A stretch of DNA of 64,000 bases, taken from Geosiphon pyriformis uo1 (lineage: Eukaryota > Fungi > Glomeromycota). This document shows, in pieces, positions 26,840 through 38,568 of the stretch; position 1 is the first letter of the stretch; each line of letters starts with the position of its first letter. The stretch is taken from positions 62,001-126,000 of the forward strand of contig JAAOMT010000599.1 in the NCBI GenBank assembly GCA_016748015.1, written 5' to 3'. The position numbers were made by a program, and so were the translations under genes. The notes beneath the pieces are model-generated. The model ran no database searches. It was not told the origin of the DNA and saw nothing but the letters and a program-made list of their open reading frames with translations.

Positions 26840-27240
26840 GTCCAGTTGAACCAAAATTTTGGGTTCCTCTATCGCTTTTTCCTAATTGTTCTCTTTGATT
26901 GACTAGTTGCAAACCCAAAATGTTGATTAAGGGTAGATAAATAGCTTGGGCAATTTTTTCAGCATGTTTGATCTTGAATGGTTTGTCAGTTTCATTTTAA
27001 AGCATCACTGTAATGTCTCCAGTATATCCAGCATCAATTATTCCTCCTCTGACATTGATTTCTTTGCTTGCCAAAGAGGACTGGGAGGTGATTTGAACCA
27101 TTGCTTCTGGCGGAATTTCGAGTGCAATTTTGAGGTTGATTTTTGTGAGAGATTTGGGTTTGAGAACAAGAGTATCCTTGCTTGGATATCTTAGGTCATA
27201 TCCAGCATCAATTTCATGTGCTTTTTCGGGTTTTATTTCT
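26840..27240 (-). pseudogene. dUTPase domain within pol of A
   Basis: All five trimeric dUTPase motifs: DAGYDL, SQSSLA, GIIDAGYTGDI, EKIAQ, RGTQNFGSTG. Confidence 0.92.
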
Positions 27241-30200
27241 TGTCCGTTGTTGTTGAAGTATTTAAGTTGTAAGGCAGGCTGATTTTTAATAAGGTAGATG
27301 GGTGTTGTTTCAATTTCTTCCATTGCTTCAGGTTCTCCAAATTCAATTTTATTCTCATCATTTTCGCTGGGCAAAGGGATACTAAGAGCATAGCATTCAG
27401 GACACCACTGTTCATCACAAGGCATAATGCATTCTTCACATAGTCTAATGTTTATTTGCTCTAATTGTTGAATTTGAGCTTCTTGGGTTGGGTAGGTGTG
27501 ACTTGCAATTTGGTGGTAGACTTCTACTTCGTCTTTGTAATCGAATTCAGCTAATTCTATGATGTATTCAATGTATTCTGCTTTCTTTATTTGACAAACA
27601 TCTTTTTTGATAGCTCTATTAATTAATGCCATTGCTAAGTCGAAAATCATTTCGGCATCATGGGGGTAGTGATAAAGTTTGTTGAGAGCACTGTTGTATG
27701 CTACATTAAAGAGTGTTTCTCTTTTTACTTTTTCTGAAATTGATAAAGCATATTGGCAGGTCTGATTGCAGACTCCTCCTCTCATGGCTACATCAATCCA
27801 ATTGCATTCTTCCGGTAGCATATCTTCACAAGTCAAACAAGGAGTGTTGTCTCATTTTCCGCTTCTTTTTATTAGATGGCCCCATTATTCTCTGTGGCAA
27901 GCCTTGCAGTAATAACAAGTATGATTTTTATATTCTTCTTCAGGTAAAATGCAGGCTCCCATTAACAATAGTTTCTTGTGGTAGTCTTTACATTTAAGGA
28001 GAATATAGGGGTGTTGTTTCCTTGGTTCAGGTTTTGAGTAAGGGATATTCCATCCAGAGGTTTCAGATTCAGAGTATGAGGTAAAATGTTCTTGTTCTGT
28101 TTCATTGGCCCAGTTGGACGTTGATCCAAGAGCCATGAATGTTTCAATGAGGGGTTTTTCCTCTTCCAGTTTGAATTCAAAAGCCAGGGTTTTTTTAGAG
28201 CATTTGTTGAATGTACTACAAGTGGCAGGTACCCAGGCGTGTTGTTCTTGGTAGGAGATTGTTAACTCTTGTGTTTCTCAATTCAGATTAGCATTGGCTT
28301 TTTAAAGCCAATCATTTCCGATAAGAGCTTAGTACTAGGGTGCATCCATTACAAAAACTTTGACTGGAATGGTAATTCCATCAAGAGTGAATGGAAAATT
28401 GTCAATTTCTTCTACTGGGGTCTTTTTCATGCCATAGGCAGTGATGATTATTGTTTGAGCTGATTGGTCGACATTTCTCTTCAACTGTTGCATTAACTGG
28501 TAGATAATAATGCTTCTGGCAGATCCACTGTTTAGGATCAAGTGAATTGTCTTTTCTTCGACTTCTGCTTCAATGTATATAGCCATGATTGCTTTTTGTT
28601 TATTGGTGGCTGCATTGCTAAGCAGGAATGATGACTCATTTGCTTCAAACTCAAAAGGGAATATATCTGAAAGGTTAGTGTTTTCAGCAATTCTGGCTGA
28701 TGAGATTATGGTGAGAATATAGGAAGGGTTTTGTTGTTGTGCTGCAGCTCTACCTTCCGAGAGTGCTGTATGGTAAAAATCCTGTTCTTCTGGCATTGTT
28801 AAATAACTGGGTTGAGTGTGGTAGTGGTTGGGTCTTGGTTGAATGGAATTTCGGGGAACTAATTGGTTGTTCGAACTGATTCTATTGTTGTTTACTTGGT
28901 ACTGGTTTTGTGGTGTGAATTGATTTTGTGTAATCAGTTTTCAAGCAGGTACTTGATAATGTTGTGTGGATGGTTGTTAGTATTGCTGTTGGATTGGCTG
29001 TAGAGCAGACTGATAATAGTTATTTTGGTATTGGGGTCTTGGTGGATAGTAAGCTGGTGGTGGTGGTTGATAATAAGATTGCTATAGTAAAGGGTAACGT
29101 TGATTACTCCTATTTTGTTGGTCTTGTTGTAGCTTTCTGCAATCTCTTTTCCAGTGGCCAGAGATTCCACAGTAATGGCAATTCTGAGGCTGGTTATTAG
29201 AAAGTGGTGCAAAGTTATTTTGATTTTGTCTTTGGGGTGGTTGATATCTTTGGGGTTGCTGTTGTTGTTGATTGGTGAAATAGTTTTCAACCTTCTTTGT
29301 GAGTTGGTCAATTTTTTCCTCAGCTGCTAAGCTGGTTTTTCCAATTGCCAAATTTACAAGTTTTGTGCAATTGGCCTCTTCTATGGCCATTTTGTATCTT
29401 TTTGCATGCTGTATGGCAGAGTTTAAATCTTCTGGCGCATGTGAGTGAACCTTTTTAATTAATTTATCTTTTAGACCAGCAATAAATTGATCTAAGATTT
29501 GAGCATTGGAATAATAATTATTTGTTTCAAGTTGGCAAATTTGTCTGAGAAGTTTGTTGAATTTCTCGATATAAGTCATAACAGATTCGGAGGGTTCTTG
29601 TTTGATATTTCAAAAACGATTTTGAAGGGTAATGAAGGTATTATTGTCGGTGAACTGTTCAAGGAAGGCTGCTTTGAAAGCGTTCCAATCATTGAATGGG
29701 GCGGCCAAGTTTTCAAATCATTCTCCTGCTGTTCTTTTGAGAAAGTAGTGAATTGTTTTTAACATTCTGGCAGCATTCCATCTATTTGCATCTCCAGCTT
29801 TAGTAACTTGGTCAAGCCATTCTTGGGGACTGGTCTCAATGTTTTTTCCATTAAATTCAGGGATTTTTGCAATGTATGTTGTCATTTTGTCTTCTTCATT
29901 TTCACTGTCTATTGATTCTTCTTCAGATATTTCAGGTTCGTTTTCTTTGTTCACTGCTGTCTCAAAGTGTTCACTTTGATTTTTAGCTAGAAAGTCAAGG
30001 AGATTAGAACTAGTTTGAAGGGGTTCTTGTTGTCTGATGGGACTTCTGAGTGATGTAAAATCTTCTGGTCTTGCAAATCAATTCAAAGGTGAATTAGTCA
30101 TTTGTGCTTGTGCAAGTGAAGCTGGAAAAGGTGTGATAGTAAGTGGAAGTTTTGAACTGGTTCCTTGTTCAGGTGTTTGTAAATGTTTGGCAGTTGTTTT

Positions 30201-30650
30201 TGGTAGTGTTGGAGTATTTGGGGTGGTTTTTGAGTCTTGTTTTAATTTGTTTTTGTCTTTGTTGCTTGTTTCTGTTTTTGATTCAAAATCAATAAAGTAT
30301 TGAGACTGCACTGGATATGTTTTTTCACAGTATTTGATAATGTTAAAATTAAGTTTGTGAAAGTAAGTGGCAAGTGTTTTGCTATTAAGGTTTTCAGTTC
30401 CCAACTGTGAATAGTGTGCTAAATTATTGTAAAGGTTGCTTCTAACTTCTGAGATATTGTAATTTCCAAAAAGATAATTGTTAATGTGGTTTTCAATGTA
30501 TTGGTATACTGATTTCTTGACAACTTCAATTCCGTCTAAAATGTTGAATCTTTGCTTGCAGTGGGTGTAAATTGATTGGTAATACTCTAGAGTTGTTGCG
30601 TCTGGTGTGATTGCCACTTTGAATTTTGTTGTTGCTGTGTTATTTCTGTA

Positions 30651-30661
30651 GGAGAGCACCA
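30651..30661 (-). promoter_or_regulatory. Primer-binding site of A
   Basis: TGGTGCTCTCC, 2 nt inside the 5' LTR, complementary to a tRNA 3' end ...GGAGAGCACCA. Confidence 0.85.
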
Positions 30662-30663
30662 AA

Positions 30664-31647
30664 TATTACCAGAGGTTTTTGGTCTCTTTTCTTGAATGTT
30701 GTTAATGTCTGTTTGTTGTGAATTCACATTTTCAGGAAGTAGTTGGACCTCCAGTAACTGAATTTATTTTCAAATTATCTCCTATAATTTGAACTTACTG
30801 GACTTATAAGTGGAATGGCCAATTTCGTGCCAGTTGCTTTATGTAGTTATGTTGTAGTAAACATCAACTCTTTTCTAGGAATTGCTTGTCTGAAAGCTCA
30901 CTAAAAATGTGTAGTTATTTTGCTGTAAAAGTCAACTCTTCTACAGGAATCTTGTCTGTAGACTACCCTAATGATTGTAATAAGAAAATAAAAAAAATAA
31001 AATAAAAAAAATGTAAAAGAAATAGGATTTTATCAAGGGAAACGTTTTTCTATTCAGGCCTGGAGTCACTAACAGTTTACTGAAATTGGTAGCTAATCAA
31101 TTTCAAAATGTTAATTGGGTTTTGGGAATTTTCCAAGTGCAATAATTAAAGAATTTGGTTTTTTGAATTATTTGATATTTAATTTTTTTTGTGTGTGTAG
31201 GAATAGTTCTAAGTAATAAATCTAAAGTAAGATACATTTTTTCGAAGAAAAATGCTCTTTTTTTATACAACTTGTTATAACACTATTCTATGAACTTGAA
31301 CTTTGCTATTTTCTACAATTTCGCTGAACTAAAGATACATTTTGGCGAACTACAAATTATTTCTGCAAACTATTAGATATTTTGGTGAATTATCAATTAT
31401 TTCGGCGAATTTCTACAAATTTCGGCGAACTTTTGAATGTTACATAGTTTAGGGTATTGCATGATTGATCATTGCAATTAGGTTACATTTGTGTTGTGTA
31501 CAAATTGGATTATTAATTTAAATGATAATTTCAGATATTTTGCTAATGTAATAAGTAATAATTTGAAATGATAATATATGCTAATTAATGATAGGATTTA
31601 TAAGATAATTTCATGCTAAATAATATCTCTAATTTCGTCTGGTAACA
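30664..31647 (-). repeat. 5' LTR of element A
   Basis: Direct repeat of 21762-22745, same length. Confidence 0.97.
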
Positions 31648-31721
31648 ACACTAATTAGATACAAGAATTTTTTGTGAATTATTCCAAAATTAATCTATAA
31701 AATTTAAAATCTTCCTAACTA

Positions 31722-32544
31722 TAATATCATAATATAAATTATTTCTTAATTTTTTATTGTTGTGTATGTTTATGTACTTCTTCTCAGAAATTAAACTGAA
31801 ATTTACTCACTGTCTAAGATTTTTTTTGAAGCTATCTTTGCAATTTTCTAATATGTTTTTCTAATTTAGAAACATAAAATATTAATAGTCTTTAGCACTT
31901 TTCTTAATTTTCACAATAAAATTTTTATTAATTAGTAACAATGTGAATAATCTTGATCGTAAATTATTTTTCCAAGGAATTTAGCTAATAAATAATAGTT
32001 TCATTTAATAAATAATACAAATAAGTTTCTTAATACTTTAGATTATAATTATTCAGTTTTTAATATATTTTTTTATTTCTTTTTGATTAAAAATTTTTGT
32101 GAATATTTATTTTAAAAGTAAAGACTAAAAAATAATTAAAGTAGAACTGTTGAATAAATTGTTTAATAACTTGTTTTTATGATTTGTTAGATGATATCAT
32201 TATTTTTCTTAATATTAAAGCTACTATATATATACATATTTGTAGTTCTATAAAAAAACACATTATAATACTTTCTTTTTAGTATTTCAATCTGGTGTTT
32301 GTTACTATTACCAGTTGGTATTGACTACTATTATTAGTTGGTATTGGCCATTATTACTAGTTGGTATTGGTTACTATTACCAGTTAGTATTGGCTGCTAT
32401 TATAAACTAGTACTTACTATTATTGCAAAATAGTGTTTGCTATTATGTTAATTATTATCTTTCTAAGATTATTACTGTGCTATATTATGATTGGATAATT
32501 TATATTATTTTATGATTTTTTTGCTAAATTTTTAAACTGTAACA
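31722..32544 (-). repeat. Partial LTR of another family (E)
   Basis: Aligns with about 58520-59251; ends aaactgtaaca. Confidence 0.75.
32301..32410. repeat. 23-bp tandem repeat, 4-5 units, inside LTR E
   Basis: agttggtattg core at 32313, 32336, 32359 and 32382. Confidence 0.9.
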
Positions 32545-35500
32545 GTGTTTTATAAATATTGTATATAATAAAATTCTCTGAAAATTAATAATAGTGTACT
32601 TAAACAATATTAATATATTCTCAAAAATGTTCAATAACCATTTGCTTAACTTCCAACAAATTTTTAATTATCTTTAAAGTGCTAGACTAAAAATTAATCC
32701 AAACAAATACTTCTTTAAAAAGACTAAACTAAAATTCCTAAAACATATAATAAGCAAAAATAGAGTAAAACTAAATTCTAACAAGATTTAAAAAATAAAC
32801 TTTCTGGTTTTAACCAATCTATGTAAACTAAAAAGATTCTTAAGACTGGTTAAATACTACTGTAAATTTGTTAAAAACTTTTTTAACATTGCAAAACAAT
32901 TTCATTATTTGCTGTTAAAACATATTCTGTATCTATATAAAAAAAATAGTAAGAAACTTTTGATTATCTTAAATAACACTTAATAGAAGTACTAATATTG
33001 ATTTATTCAGACTTTAATAAATGCTTTATTGTTATTATAAACATTTTAAAGAATATACTAAAAACCATTTTGTCACAAATCAAATCAGACAATAAGAATA
33101 TTCAATTACTTATACCAGTTACAATACTAATACAGTAAAAAAAATATACAGTATAACTAATTTAAAATGTCTTATTATTTACTAAGTTGTACAAAATTGA
33201 AAACATTATTTTTGCCAACTATTTAACTTATGTACTGATTACAAAAAACTTATTTGGTTAATTAGCAAATTACAACTTAAAAGAAAATATGCATAATAAA
33301 GTATTTATTTGTAATAATTTTTATATAAAGTATATTATAAGAAAAAAGCCAAAAACACTAATATTAACAATTTGTCAAGAATAATACAAATCTAAACTTA
33401 TGAATACAATCATTTACTAATAATTATATCAGTATTTATTAACACTTTGGTTTAAAAAAAAATTATCTCAACAAAAACAAAGTATTATATGAAAACAAAA
33501 TCTCAATAATTTTATTCAAAACAATCAACTATACTATTAAGAATGTTAAAACTGCACTATTTTATAATAAATTATAAAAAACAATAAAAAAGAAACTATT
33601 TTGCATGACATGTATTTTGATTTAACTACAGAACACTTTAACAAAGATGTTACTTTGAAAAAAACAATAAATCTATATTATTGGTTAATAATGTATAAAA
33701 ATATTTTTGAATATATTTTTAACTATAACTTATGTTAATAAAGAGAAAAAGCCAGAATAATAAAACAATTTTAACTCATTTTAGTGAAAAATATTTTTAA
33801 TAAAATTAGAATTAATTTGATTGGTTTTTTTTTAATTACATCTAAAAAAATTGCTATATTATTGTAACTATAAACTATCTTATCAAATGGTTTAAAATTA
33901 GAGCTATTCAAATAGCAAATGTTAAAACAATAGCCGAATTTGTATATTAAAATCTGATTTGTTAATATAAATGTTTGAAAAAATTATTATTTGACCAAAA
34001 AACTTATTTTATCAATAATATGCTAATTAAACTAAGCCAATAATTCAGAATAAAACAATCTTTATTGTCACTTTATTACCTATAAACAAATAAACTAATA
34101 GAACAATTTAACTAAACATTATGTAAAACATTAGCAAAAATAAATTATAAAAATCCACAAAAATAAGACTTATTTATATCTTTTATATTATTAACATATC
34201 AAATATTAAAGCAAAATACTACCTAGTTTATATTATTTGAACTAGTTTACAGAAGAAAAACCACTTTACTTATTGAACAAAAAATATTTTTTTTCTTAAC
34301 AAAACAATTACTAAAGAGAATTTTGAAGCTATCTTATATTAGAAAACATACTAATTTATGAAAACATTAAAAAACAATTATAAAACAATAGCTAAAAATA
34401 TTAATAATACTTAAGAACAATAGAAAAAAAAACATAATAATTACTTATCTAATCAACCAGTTGAATTTAAGATTAAAAACTAAGTATTATTATATTATAC
34501 TAAGCTAAAAAACAGTGAAATAAAAAGTTTGACTTAAAATGTGATGAACTATTTTATATACACAAAGTTTTAAACAATAAAGCTTATAAATTATAATTAA
34601 AAAACAGAATTTTAAAAAAATAGCACATAGAAATTGTTTAAAAATTTATTATACAAACCAAAAGTTATTGTTATTTGTATCTTAATTAGAAACACAGATT
34701 TTATTAATCAGACCAGAAAATATACTATAAGATCTAGAACCAATTATTATTATTAAAATATAATTAATATATAACCATTTAATTAAAAAATTCAAATATA
34801 TATAAAAACCAAGACAGCAAAAAAAAAGTTGATAGTATTCTCAACATGGATCTTTTAAATCAAATTTTAAGACTTTCAAAACAACTATTTGAAGCAATTC
34901 AACAATTTACAATATCAATAGAAATTATAATTAATAGAAAAAAGTTACAATACAAAAATTTGCACAAAAAAAAAAGAACAAGAATTTAACAAAAACTAAG
35001 CATTTCTATTTCTTTGATTAATCAAAAAAAAAAAAAGATTGTATATGCTTAACAAAATTAAGAAAGCTTTAAATAAGCTAATTATAGAACTAATAATAAG
35101 AAAGTAGACACCAAAAACCTTTAAAGCATGGAAAAAAAGACTTTTACTAGTATATTGATTTTTTAAAATTGGTAAAAAACTTGATCTTCAAACATTATAT
35201 TTAAATACTAACAAATAAATATTCAACAGAAAAGTTCTGAAATAAATAGAAAAATTCATTAAAAGAAATAATCTAATACTGTATTACAAAGTAACATATT
35301 AATTGTATTTAGTATTTAAATATTGTCCAGCAATACTGTTAAACAATTCACTAAAGTTGATTACAGTTAATAATATAAAATGAATAATAAATACACAGTT
35401 TGAAAACCTACAAAAAACAATACCTGACACAATAATTGAATATTATACTAAAAAAACAATTTTTACAGATATATACGATTTTACAAAAGCTTAAAAAGAA

Positions 35501-36190
35501 AAAATATTATTATTTAAGTAGAAAAACCAATTCAAAAGTAATTGAAAAAATGTGATTAAAACATAATAACATAAAAAAACATGATAATATAAAATAATAC
35601 AAAATAATGTATATTAACTCAGAATAATGCAAAATAATACACAATAATATAAAATAGTACAGAATAATTAGTCATAACATAAAATAACTAGTTATAGTAT
35701 AAAAAAACAAAATGACAAACAATAATAATAAGTAATAGCTAATAATAATAAACAATTAAAAGCAATTTTGTAAAACTAGAAAATATATATAAAAACAAGT
35801 AGTTTTAGCAGAAAAAAAAGACAAATAGACAAAAAACAATATTTTTATTTATTTTCTATATTTTTTAGATCAATTTTATCTATATTTTATACTTATATTA
35901 TCTTAAATAAAAAATATATTTAAGACCAAATTACTTATACATAATTTATAAATTTCCATATTCAACTTAAATTAATTATTTTTTTTTCTTTTATTCCTAG
36001 TCAAATGTTCTTAACATAAAACATCTTAGAACAGTAATAACTTAAACCAATTATTTTTGATTATGATAATTAATAATACTAATTTTATTTTATTTTATTT
36101 TTATTTTATTTTATTTTTATTTATTTATTTCTTTTGTAGAATGATAATATTATAAAATTAACTATTTAGAAATAGACTTTGTTATAACCT
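32545..36190 (+). mobile_element. Heavily decayed Gypsy element D (partial RT-RH-IN, ORF3 from 34846, probable 3' LTR from about 35510 with aaaataatac repeats)
   Basis: Reverse-orientation homology to pol of A/B; DLEPIIII at 34731; ORF3 motifs FFKIGK and LYLVFKYCPAILLN; right boundary approximate. Confidence 0.75.
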
Positions 36191-36399
36191 GATAAAAAAA
36201 AAAGCTTTTTTAAAATTAAATATTAATATTATTTTAATAGTTTACCAAAAAAGCAAAAAGATATCATTAGATTTTAACAATTATGCTTAATTAATTTAAA
36301 GAAGATAATTCATTTATATAAATAGTAAACAGCCAAACTATCTTTTTGTGTCTTATAACTAAAAAACTTTATAAGTAAATTTTTATTTATAGTAGATCT

Positions 36400-38432
36400 T
36401 TAAAGATTTATAACTCTAATACATCTTATATATCTATAAAAAAAATTCCAAACTTTTTATATCTAAACTTAAAGCACTAAATATTACTATTACAACTTAT
36501 TAAGTTTACTTATAATACTGTCAAATTGTTTTTATAATAGTAACAAATATAAGTTTTATATTTTTTTTTGGTAATATACAAGCTTTTATTAAAAAAAGCT
36601 TTTTGCTATAATTCTTATATTTGAGTAAAATGTAAACAAATTATTTCTTAGATTTCAGTTTTAAGTATAAAACATACTAACTGTTAACTGGTTTTATTGT
36701 AAAAATAAATTATTGACTAATTTTTTTAAACCATAATAATATTTATTATAATGTAAATATTTTAAATAACTGTTCAGTTTTTTCAGCTCAATCAGATTAA
36801 AAATTAAGTATTATATAAGTTTTAATAATTGGAAGAGTTTTTTTTTCAAATTCAAAAACTTGGGCTTTTTTTGATTATTTGTTGAAAATATTATAAGTAG
36901 TTAATATTTTAATATATTGTTTTTAGTAAAAGATTTTTGGTTTTTGTATTTCTCAATCTAAGTTAATATTGGCTTTTAAAAGCCAGTTATTTTTAATAAA
37001 AGCTTAGTATTAAGATATATTTATAATAAAAACTTTAATTGAAATAATAATTTCATTAATTATAAAAAAAAATTGTTGATTTTTTCTACTAATGTTTTTT
37101 TTATATTATTAATAATTACAATAACTGTTTAAGCAAGTTAATTAACATTTTTTTTAATATTGTATTAACTAATAAATAATAATATTTCAATGAATTTATT
37201 ATTTAAAATCAATTAAATTAATTTTTTTTAATTTTAGTTTCTGTATACATAGCAATAATTGCTTTTTGTTTTAAAGTAATTATATTGTTGAGTAAAAATA
37301 GTGATTTATTTGCTTTAAATTCGAAAAAAAATATGTCTAAGATGTTAATATTTTTAGCAATTCTTGCTGGTCAGATTGTAATATTATTATGAAAAAAGTT
37401 TTGCTATTATGCTATAACTTTACTTTTCAAAAGTACAGTATAATAAAAATTCTGGTTTTTTGGTATTATAAAATAACTAGATTATATATAAAGATATTTA
37501 AATAGTTATTAATTATTATTGTAAAGTACTATTTGATTATTGGAATTAATTCTGTTGTAATTTGGTTAAAAACAATTTTTAAACTAAAGTTTTAATGAAT
37601 AATAGATAAGTAGTAATAAATAATATAATTACTATTGCTAAAAAAAATATTATTAATTATTCTGTTTTTGTTGATTTTTTTGTATTTTTCTGTAATCATG
37701 TTTTCAATTTTTAGGAATTTTACAATAATGGCAGTTTAATAATTAAGATTAATTGTTGAATAAAAAAAAGTTTTTTTGGTTTTGGCATTGAAATGGTTGA
37801 TATTTTTGTTAATTAATAAAATATGTTTTAGCTTTCTTGGTAAGTTAATCAATTTTTTTTAATAATTAAACTGGTTTTTTTAATTACAAAGTTGACAAAT
37901 TTGGTATGATTGGCTTCTTTTATAGTTATTTTATAGTTTTTAGCATATATTATAGCAGTTAAATCTTTAAGTATATATAATTAAACTTTTTTAATAAGTT
38001 TATTTTTTAGTTTAGTAACAAATTAATCTAATAGTTAAACATTTAAATAGTAATTATTGCCTTCTAACTGTCTAATTTTTTAAAAAAATTTGTTGAATTT
38101 CTTAAGATAAGTTATAACAAATTCTGTAAATTCTTGTCAAATATTTCAAAAGTGATTTTAAAGAGTAATTAAGATATTGTTATTAGTAAACTGTTTAAAA
38201 AAGACAGATTTAAAAGTTAACCAGTCAACAAAAAATACTGCTAAGTTTTTAACCTATTTAGCTATAGTTTTTTATAAAAAATAAGAAATTGTTTTTAGCA
38301 TTTTGGTTGTATTCTATCTATTAGTATTTTCAACTTTAATAACTTTGTCAAGCTATTCTTGAAAACTGGTTTTAGAGTTATTTCTAAAAATTTAAAAAAT
38401 CTTTATAATATAAATAGTAGTTATTTTTTATG
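36400..38432 (-). pseudogene. Old A-like element F, left part (capsid-protease-Cys-rich relic)
   Basis: 37250-37470 aligns with 28570-28800; 37840-38400 aligns with 29290-29870. Confidence 0.75.
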
Positions 38433-38568
38433 TTTTTTTTTTTTTTATTCATTTAATGAATGAGGTCTAAAAACCACTTAGAACTATACATTAAGGAAAT
38501 GATTTAAACTAAGTGTAAATTATGCATTTTCTACACGTGACCAGCCACTCGAGCCAATCAGAACAACA

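Larger units (their letters stand above)
23562..30662 (-). pseudogene. Single-frame Gag-Pol of A (N-extension, capsid, CCHC, protease, Cys-rich domain, dUTPase, RT, RNase H, integrase)
   Basis: All ten listed fragments from 30662 to 24161 share one frame; CHYCGISGHWKRDC; LILNSGSA; RFCVDYQQLN..FSTLDLESGYWQV; HFG..CDNCQ; WDGPF; interrupted only by nonsense codons. Confidence 0.93.
21762..31647 (-). mobile_element. Full-length Ty3/Gypsy LTR retrotransposon A (9886 bp), inactivated
   Basis: Two 984-bp LTRs, inverted termini t(a)ttaccag...ctggtaaca, 4-bp TSD acac (21758-21761 / 31648-31651), PBS, PPT, PR-RT-RH-IN order. Confidence 0.97.
17451..31721 (-). mobile_element. DNA transposon (about 4.4 kb without nested element A) with ~15-bp TIRs, Academ/DUF6589-like
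   Basis: Left end cagtcagaaagattt (17451-17465) versus reverse complement of 31707-31721 tagttaggaagattt, differing only by transitions; both ends are flanked by TA(ATA); contains a decayed DDE-type ORF. Confidence 0.65.

Noticed and set aside
32301-32410. 23-bp periodic repeat as a CRISPR array
   Set aside because: Head-to-tail units with no unique spacers, inside an LTR, and no cas genes
38420-38446. Target-site duplication for LINE 2
   Set aside because: Both flanks are T-rich and decayed; no unambiguous duplication
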